NCBI GenBank assembly: GCA_041695225.1
Contig: JBGFRI010000038.1
Location: 1 to 64,000, forward strand
Direction: 5' to 3'
Source of the DNA: Deinococcota bacterium
GTDB taxonomy: Bacteria; Deinococcota; Deinococci; Deinococcales; Thermaceae
Length of the DNA: 64,000 nt
Under the pieces are notes generated by a model that was given only the letters and a program-made list of their open reading frames with translations, did no database searches and was not told the origin of the DNA. The position numbers were made by a program, and so were the translations under genes. Positions 57,736 to 64,000 of the stretch are shown piece by piece. Position 1 is the stretch's first letter. Every line of letters begins with the position of its first letter.

Positions 57736-59061
57736 ATGCTAAAGAAACTGCTGACAGTGATGTTGCTGGCTCTGCTGATGAGCCTGTTCATCAGCGCCAA
57801 TGCCCAGCGGGTGCGGGTAGAGTTCTGGCACGGCCTGGGCGGGCCGCTAGGCCAGTTGCTCGAGGCCATCACCGACGACTTCAACCGCTCGCAAGACCGT
57901 TTCTATGTCAATGCCACCTTCCGCGGAAGCTATCCCGAGACCATGGTTGCGGCCATTGCCGCTTTCCGGGCCGGGAATGCCCCCCACATCGTGCAGATGT
58001 TCGAGGTCGGCACGGCCACCATGATGCACGCGGGCGGGGCCATTGTGCCGGTCTACCAGCTTTTCGCCCGCACCGGGGTTCCCTTCGACCCCAACGTCTT
58101 CCTTCCCGCGGTGCGCAGCTACTACAGCATGGCCGACGGGCGACTGATGTCGCTCCCGTTCAACAGCTCTACCGCCATCATGTGGTACAACCGCGACGCC
58201 TTCCGCGCTGCCGGCCTGAACCCCGACCAGCCACCGCGCACCTGGGCCGAGCTACGCGCAGCTTCCAGGCAGATTGTAGCCAGGGGCGCCGCCCGCTGCG
58301 GTTTTTCCACAGCCTGGCCCACCTGGACCCAGTTCGAACAGTTTAGCGCCATTCACAACGTACCCCTGGCCACCCGCGCCAACGGGATGGAGGGTCTGGA
58401 TGCCCGGCTGCAGATCAACAGCCCACTACATGTGCGGCATCTGCAGATGCTAATGGATATGCAAAGAGAAGGCTCGTTCACCTGGGGTGGGCGTGACAGC
58501 GCCGCCGATGCCCTGTTTGTCAATGGAACCTGCGCTATCCTGCACGGTTCTTCGGCGCTCTTGGGCCGGGTGCGGGCCGAGGCCACCTTCAGCTGGGGTG
58601 TGGCCTACCTGCCCCACCACGACGATGTCAGGGGCGCTCCAATCAACTCCATTATCGGCGGGGCCAGCTTCTGGGTGATGACCGCCCCTGGCCGCACCGA
58701 GCAGGAGTACCGCGCCGTGGCCGAGTTCTTCCGCTTTGTCAGCCGCCCCGAAATTGCCCGCCGCTGGCATACCGGGACCGGCTTTCTGCCCATTCGCATG
58801 GACGTTTTCAACGAGCTTTCCGCGGCTGGTTTTTACCGGGACAATCCGGGGCGCGACCTGCCCCTTCGCCAGCTAACCCGCACCGAGCCGACCGTGAACT
58901 CTCGCGGCCTGCGCCTGGGTAATATGCCCGAAATCCGCAACATCATTCAAGAAGAGGTAGAAAACGCCCTTCAAGGTCGCCAGACCGCCCAGCAGGCGCT
59001 GGACAATGCGGTGCGGCGAGGCAATGCAGTGCTGGCGGCGTTTGAGCGCGCCCACCGATAG
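57736..59061 (+). CDS. ugpB: sn-glycerol-3-phosphate ABC transporter substrate-binding protein
   Basis: AFRAGNAPHIVQMFEVGTATMM, PFNSST, IIGGASFW. Confidence 0.92.
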   Translation: MLKKLLTVMLLALLMSLFISANAQRVRVEFWHGLGGPLGQLLEAITDDFNRSQDRFYVNATFRGSYPETMVAAIAAFRAGNAPHIVQMFEVGTATMMHAGGAIVPVYQLFARTGVPFDPNVFLPAVRSYYSMADGRLMSLPFNSSTAIMWYNRDAFRAAGLNPDQPPRTWAELRAASRQIVARGAARCGFSTAWPTWTQFEQFSAIHNVPLATRANGMEGLDARLQINSPLHVRHLQMLMDMQREGSFTWGGRDSAADALFVNGTCAILHGSSALLGRVRAEATFSWGVAYLPHHDDVRGAPINSIIGGASFWVMTAPGRTEQEYRAVAEFFRFVSRPEIARRWHTGTGFLPIRMDVFNELSAAGFYRDNPGRDLPLRQLTRTEPTVNSRGLRLGNMPEIRNIIQEEVENALQGRQTAQQALDNAVRRGNAVLAAFERAHR

Positions 59062-59297
59062 AAGACCTCGGGCCTAAGTACCTGCGGGTTGGTCTGTACA
59101 GATGAGCCCAGACCAGATTCAAACGCAACTATGCCTTTTCTCCTGGTCTAAGCATCACACTTTGTCGAACCCACTGCCAGGGGGTGGTTGCCGGAGGAAA
59201 CTCTAGCAGCCACCACTTTGGCACATAGACCAAAGGCTCGCAAATGGTCTTTATCGGAGAGGGCCTGCTAGTTATGGGCATCACATGGCATTACCGC

Positions 59298-59384
59298 ATG
59301 GAGTAGGTGAATCAGGGGTAGGAGATTAAACTGTCCAGCCTATGGAGTAGGTGAATCAGGGGTAGGAGATTAAACTGCCAGTCT
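59298..59384 (+). repeat. Tandem duplication of about 44 bp upstream of ugpA
   Basis: atggagtaggtgaatcaggggtaggagattaaactg twice. Confidence 0.9.
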
Positions 59385-59411
59385 ATACTGCTGCCCAGTC
59401 AAAACAAACTT

Positions 59412-60293
59412 ATGCAAAGGCGAACTATCTACCCGGACAAACTGCTGCCATATCTGTTGCTGGCCCCGCAGATATTCATTACGCTGGTTTTTTTCATCTA
59501 CCCGGCTGCCGAGGCCATCAGACAGTCGCTCTACCAGCAGGACCCCTTTGGCCTCAGAGCTAGCTTTGTCTGGCTGGACAACTTTGCGGCGGTGCTGCAA
59601 GACCCGCTTTACTGGGAGGCTGTCCGGGTAACGGTAGTTTTCTCGCTGGCGGTAACTTTTCTGGCCATGGCACCGGCTTTGTTGCTGGCAGTCATGGCCG
59701 ACAAGGTTATACGCGGCGCCACGGGTTACCGCACACTTATTGTCTGGCCCTATGCCATTGCCCCCGCAGTGGCCGCAGTGCTCTGGCTGTTTATCTTTCA
59801 CCCCGATATTGGCTATATCGGACAGGGCCTGCTGGCTCTGGGCGTCCCCTGGGATTACCGGCTGAATGCCGCACAGGCTTTGCTGCTGGTCATCCTGGTC
59901 TCGGCCTGGAAGCAGATCAGCTACAACTTTTTGTTCTTTCTGGCAGCTTTGCAGTCCATTCCCAAATCAATAACCGAAGCTGCGGTAATTGATGGTGCGA
60001 ATGGGCTGCGTGGCTTCTGGTTTGTCACCTTTCCCCTGCTCTCCCACATCACCTTTTTTCTGCTAGTGGTAAACCTGATCTTTTCCTTTTTCGATACCTT
60101 TGGGGTGATTCACGCCATAACCCAGGGTGGGCCGGGCGTGGCCACTACCACCCTGATGTACAGCATATACCGTTCGGGGGTAATCAACCTCGATCTGGGC
60201 GGCTCGTCGGCCCAGTCGGTAATTCTGATGGCTGGGGTGATCTTCCTGACCATGGTCCAGTTCCGGTACCTCGAGAAGCGGGTGCACTACTAG
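59412..60293 (+). CDS. ugpA: sn-glycerol-3-phosphate ABC transporter permease
   Basis: [27 protein letters not shown]. Confidence 0.93.
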   Translation: MQRRTIYPDKLLPYLLLAPQIFITLVFFIYPAAEAIRQSLYQQDPFGLRASFVWLDNFAAVLQDPLYWEAVRVTVVFSLAVTFLAMAPALLLAVMADKVIRGATGYRTLIVWPYAIAPAVAAVLWLFIFHPDIGYIGQGLLALGVPWDYRLNAAQALLLVILVSAWKQISYNFLFFLAALQSIPKSITEAAVIDGANGLRGFWFVTFPLLSHITFFLLVVNLIFSFFDTFGVIHAITQGGPGVATTTLMYSIYRSGVINLDLGGSSAQSVILMAGVIFLTMVQFRYLEKRVHY

Positions 60294-60303
60294 GTAGTGA
60301 AAT

Positions 60304-61146
60304 ATGCGTAGACCACGTAAATGGCTGGCACACCTCACCCTGATTCTGGGGGCGCTGATCTTCGCCTTTCCTATCTACCTGGCGGTAATCGGCTCGAGCC
60401 ACGATGCCGGCACCATCGGGCGCGGACAGATGCCCCTGCTGCCCGGCGATCAGCTGCTCACCAACTACCAGCAGGCCCTGGAAACCGGCCAGGGTGAGCG
60501 CGTACGCGGCGTTCCCGCACTGGACATGATGCAGAACAGTCTGCTGATGGCGCTGGGCATCACCTTCGGGAAAATTGCCATCTCGCTGCTCTCGGCCTAT
60601 GCGGTAGTATTTTTCCGCTTTCCTGGCAGAATGTTTTTTTTCTGGCTGATCTTTATCACCCTGATGCTGCCGGTGGAGGTCAGAATCATTCCGACCTATG
60701 CCGTGGTGGCCGATTTTGGTATGGTGAATACCTTTCAGGGCCTGATTATTCCCCTAATTGCCTCGGCTACTGCCACCCTGCTCTTCCGGCAGTTTTTTCT
60801 GACCATTCCCGATGAATTAGTAGACGCGGCAAAAATGGACGGCGCAGGTCCCATGCGGTTTTTCTGGTCAATTTTGCTGCCGCTCTCGAGTACCAATATC
60901 GCCGCGCTATTCGTGATTATGTTTATTTACGGCTGGAACCAGTATCTGTGGCCCCTGCTAATCACCACCACCAACGAGATGCAGACCATTGTGGTCGGTA
61001 TTGTGAAGATGATCGGCACCGGTGAGGCCCAGACCGACTGGAACCTGATCATGGCCACCGCAGTGCTGGCCCTGCTTCCGCCGGTGCTGGTGATTATCTT
61101 GATGCAGCGCTGGTTTGTAAAGGGCCTGGTTGACGCCGATAAGTAG
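60304..61146 (+). CDS. ugpE: sn-glycerol-3-phosphate ABC transporter permease
   Basis: TLMLPVEVRI, ASATATLLFRQFF, GWNQYLWPL. Confidence 0.93.
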   Translation: MRRPRKWLAHLTLILGALIFAFPIYLAVIGSSHDAGTIGRGQMPLLPGDQLLTNYQQALETGQGERVRGVPALDMMQNSLLMALGITFGKIAISLLSAYAVVFFRFPGRMFFFWLIFITLMLPVEVRIIPTYAVVADFGMVNTFQGLIIPLIASATATLLFRQFFLTIPDELVDAAKMDGAGPMRFFWSILLPLSSTNIAALFVIMFIYGWNQYLWPLLITTTNEMQTIVVGIVKMIGTGEAQTDWNLIMATAVLALLPPVLVIILMQRWFVKGLVDADK

Positions 61147-61247
61147 TCTCAGAGGTTGCCCTGGGCAAACAGCCGATGCTGGCGCCTCATCCGGGCTCCC
61201 ACCTTGCTGCGGTCTATGCTCGAGGCGGTGGCCATGGTTCCCCTCTC

Positions 61248-61721
61248 TTACAGTGACTTGCGAAAACACACCAAGCGCACGACTTCCTGGTAGCCCAGAC
61301 GGGCTAGGTTACTCGCATAGCGAGTATGCGCTACGCGCACCCCCTGGTGGGCCCGCTGGCTCTGGGTGTTATGAAGTTCGGTGTCTGAAGCCATTTCGAG
61401 GCAGCCCCTGGCCCTGGCCCAGTCCTCGGCGGTCTCCACCAGCCTGCGTCCGACCCCGCTACGCCCGTACTGGGGGGCCACGTACCAACCTTCCAGATAG
61501 CCCACCGGACTGGAGTTGCAGCCCTCGGCATAGGGCCGCAGCGAAACCTCCACAAAGCCGATCAGGGCCTGCTCATGCTCGGCCACAAAGCTGGCCTGGT
61601 CTGCTGCGCCGATAATCCCGGCCACCTCGAGCTCAAATCTACCCGCACTGTCGGGCCAAAGCGCAGTGCGTAGGTGAAAATAGGCCGGAAGGTCTGTGAC
61701 TTGCAGGCTCCGAATCTTCAT
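61248..61721 (-). CDS. GNAT acetyltransferase, AAC(6')-I-like, with a 14-aa insertion
   Basis: LRTALWP, YAEGCNSSPVGYLEGWYV, EMASD, VCFRKSL. Confidence 0.85.
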   Translation of the reverse strand: MKIRSLQVTDLPAYFHLRTALWPDSAGRFELEVAGIIGAADQASFVAEHEQALIGFVEVSLRPYAEGCNSSPVGYLEGWYVAPQYGRSGVGRRLVETAEDWARARGCLEMASDTELHNTQSQRAHQGVRVAHTRYASNLARLGYQEVVRLVCFRKSL

Positions 61722-62272
61722 GGCCAGTGCAAACCCTCCTGTTCCCAACCAAACGCTATCGCCCGGTTACTCGACTCGCTGCGAACGCACAGGATGTCTC
61801 GTATCTAAGACAGCTAGTTCCTATTGGCTATCGGCGCCATCTGCAAGAAATCTGCTGGCTCAAACCCCGCCCAGCATGGTCTGGTGCATCGACGCGAATA
61901 AAGAGAGCTTCCACACTCGCCAGGCTGTAGACCAAAGCCTCGAGGCCAGGGCTAAGAATAGTTCCGGCGGTGATGAGGCTAGAGGGCATGAGATTATTCT
62001 ATGCTTCAGAATGCAGCCGCCATAACTTTTCAGCAAAGCTATCTCAAAGGATCAACAGCGAGCATTAAGGCGGATACGCCTGTGCCCTTGGTTTTGCAGA
62101 AGGGCTGTTGTTTTTTGCGTACACCGCATAGCCTTCCAGGGCCTAGGCACGTATTTTTTGGGCGCAAACGATGGTACAGCTACTCTACAAGGTCGCTGTC
62201 ATGCCGAACCCTTTGTGCCTCAGGGTAGCGCAGTGCTTGTGCGACGATTGTCGAGTAGACTCGAGGTGTGAA

Positions 62273-62680
62273 ATGACGGACTTGATGCAGTTGGGGCAGT
62301 CGGTTCTCGGTCGCCAGCCATTCAGCCTGCTGCTGGGGGCAGAGCTGCTCGAGTTCGAGGCAGGCCGGGCGGTGCTGGCGATTACGGTGCGCGATGAGCT
62401 ACTTCAGCAGCACGGGTTTGTACATGGCGGGGTGGTGAGTTACCTGATTGACAATGCCATCACCTTTGCGGGCGGCTCGGTGCTGGGCGAGAACGTGGTG
62501 ACAGCCGAGTTTAAGGTCAACTATCTGCGACCGGCTTTGGGCCAGCGGCTGGTTGCCACCGCGGTGGTGGAAAGCACGGGGCGCCGGCTGGCGGTCTGCC
62601 GATGTGAGGTGGTCTCGTTTGGTAGTGATGGCGGGGTGCGCTGTGCGGTTGGGCTGGGAACCATCGCGGCCCTCGGCTAG
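62273..62680 (+). CDS. PaaI-family thioesterase
   Basis: QHGFVHGG, DN, VNYLRPA. Confidence 0.9.
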   Translation: MTDLMQLGQSVLGRQPFSLLLGAELLEFEAGRAVLAITVRDELLQQHGFVHGGVVSYLIDNAITFAGGSVLGENVVTAEFKVNYLRPALGQRLVATAVVESTGRRLAVCRCEVVSFGSDGGVRCAVGLGTIAALG

Positions 62681-63345
62681 CTCTGGCGGGATCGAGCCCA
62701 CGCGGGGTTGCGCCAGACCACAAACACCCCGTAGTTGCCGCAACTGGGGTCGTCGAGATAATCGGGGATGATGCCCCAGACGTGGTATCCGCGCCTGAGC
62801 TGGATCGAGAGCACCGGGTCGAACATCTCGCCTCGCACTACCCGGCTCACATACTGCTCAATGGGCATACTGCGCTGGTGAGCGGCATAGCCCTTGGGCA
62901 TCGCTCCCGCCACGTGGCCCCTCAGGCCCAGTGCGCCAACCAGGCTTTGGCGCACGGCGTATAACAAGGTGGATAACCCCGCACCACGAAAATCGGGGTG
63001 GACCCCGATATCGGCCCCGTAAAGCCAGTCGCCAGCGGGGTCGTGGCCGGTGAGCCAGTTGCCCCCGACCATCTCGATATACCTGTGCTGGTAGTGATTC
63101 AGGTCTATGAAGGTCTGGAAATCGGTAGAGCTGGCGACTACCTGGCGGGTTTCCCGCTCTATAACGGCATGCTGGCCCTGCGGGAAGACCTTCATGTGAG
63201 CCAGGTACTGGTCGGCGGTTATCAGCTCCTCCTTAGCCAGGGAGGGGAAGGAGGCTTTTTGAATGGCCTCGAGCTGGGGGGCCATCCACGGCTCGGACTG
63301 CACCACTGCAAAGCGGCTATCAGGGCTGAGGAGTATCTCGCTCAT
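62677..63345 (-). CDS. GNAT-family acetyltransferase (YkwB-like)
   Basis: FPQGQ, HDPAGDWLYGADIGVHPDFRG, DPVLSIQL. Confidence 0.85.
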   Translation of the reverse strand: MSEILLSPDSRFAVVQSEPWMAPQLEAIQKASFPSLAKEELITADQYLAHMKVFPQGQHAVIERETRQVVASSTDFQTFIDLNHYQHRYIEMVGGNWLTGHDPAGDWLYGADIGVHPDFRGAGLSTLLYAVRQSLVGALGLRGHVAGAMPKGYAAHQRSMPIEQYVSRVVRGEMFDPVLSIQLRRGYHVWGIIPDYLDDPSCGNYGVFVVWRNPAWARSRQS

Positions 63346-63456
63346 AGAACCATACTCAGTGCTCCTATCGTCGCAGGTCGAAGGTCTAAGGTCTGTGACG
63401 CTCTTGAGTTCTGGCCTTCGACCTTTGTCTTTAGACCTTCGACTTATGGTTGCAGG

Positions 63457-64000
63457 CTACACGATAACAGTCTGGAGCGCCGAAAGGCTAATATTGGCCC
63501 CGCAGATGACAACTACCACTTTCTGGCCCTGGTACTGAGGCAAACTCTTCAGAAATGCCGCCAGGGCCACCCCGGCCGCGCCCTCGAGCAGCTGGTGCTG
63601 GGACTCAATGAATAGCCGCATGGCTGCCTTGATCTCCGTTTCGCTCACGGTAATCCAGTCGTCCACCAGGCGCTTACACAGCTCAAAGGTGATGGCGCCG
63701 GGTTCCAGACCACCCGCGCTGCCGTCCGAAAGGGTGGGCCTGGCCTGGATTTTGACAATCTCCCCGGCCTGAACCGAAGCCAGCATGGCCGCGTCGTTTT
63801 CCGGCTGGCAGCCGATGATTCTGGTCGTCGGGTGAACCGATTTGAGGTAAGACGCGATCCCCGAGATCAGCCCGCCACCGCCCACGGTGACGAAAACGGC
63901 GTCTGGGGTTTCGGGCATTTGATGGGCGATCTCCACCCCCACGGTTCCTTGCCCAGCAATTACCTCTGGGTCGTTGTAGGGCGAGAGGTACGCCATGCTG
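63457..64000 (-). CDS. Threonine/serine dehydratase (PLP), 5' end outside window
   Basis: SPYND, AGQGT, VGGGGLISG, EGAAG, ICGAN. Confidence 0.9.
   Translation of the reverse strand, partial: SMAYLSPYNDPEVIAGQGTVGVEIAHQMPETPDAVFVTVGGGGLISGIASYLKSVHPTTRIIGCQPENDAAMLASVQAGEIVKIQARPTLSDGSAGGLEPGAITFELCKRLVDDWITVSETEIKAAMRLFIESQHQLLEGAAGVALAAFLKSLPQYQGQKVVVVICGANISLSALQTVIV

Noticed and set aside
59298..59384. Two 36-bp identical repeats as a mini-CRISPR
   Set aside because: Separated by only 8 bp, so it is a simple tandem duplication.

Overview
64 kb of a GC-rich Deinococcota chromosome, most likely Meiothermus (LonC, CarH/LitR-LdrP, caa3 oxidase with fused subunits, deinoxanthin/meiothermoxanthin-type carotenoid genes). 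Most of the window is core metabolism: rex, fni, ftsY, carotenoid genes, ctaA/ctaB/caa3, amn, ddl, mutM, glgA/glgC, lonC, ugpBAE and three tRNAs. Two accessory zones stand out. (1) About 1-12.6 kb is the decayed end of an island. It holds a glycine-betaine ABC transporter, a frameshifted AAA/DUF4143 ATPase, two copies of a comM 3' junction, an integron-type cassette with a canonical attC, an IS1634 remnant and intact plus dead vapBC modules. (2) About 45.7-49.3 kb, between crtB and tRNA-Val, is an integron remnant with a truncated intI, a candidate attI, attC sites and cassettes. Across the window there are also small palindromic elements inserted in-frame into proteins (24 bp and 42 bp), heptamer tandem-repeat blocks in many intergenic regions, a long direct repeat bracketing ddl, and an apparent strong excess of CTCGAG. 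All assignments come from reading motifs by eye; no database search was run.
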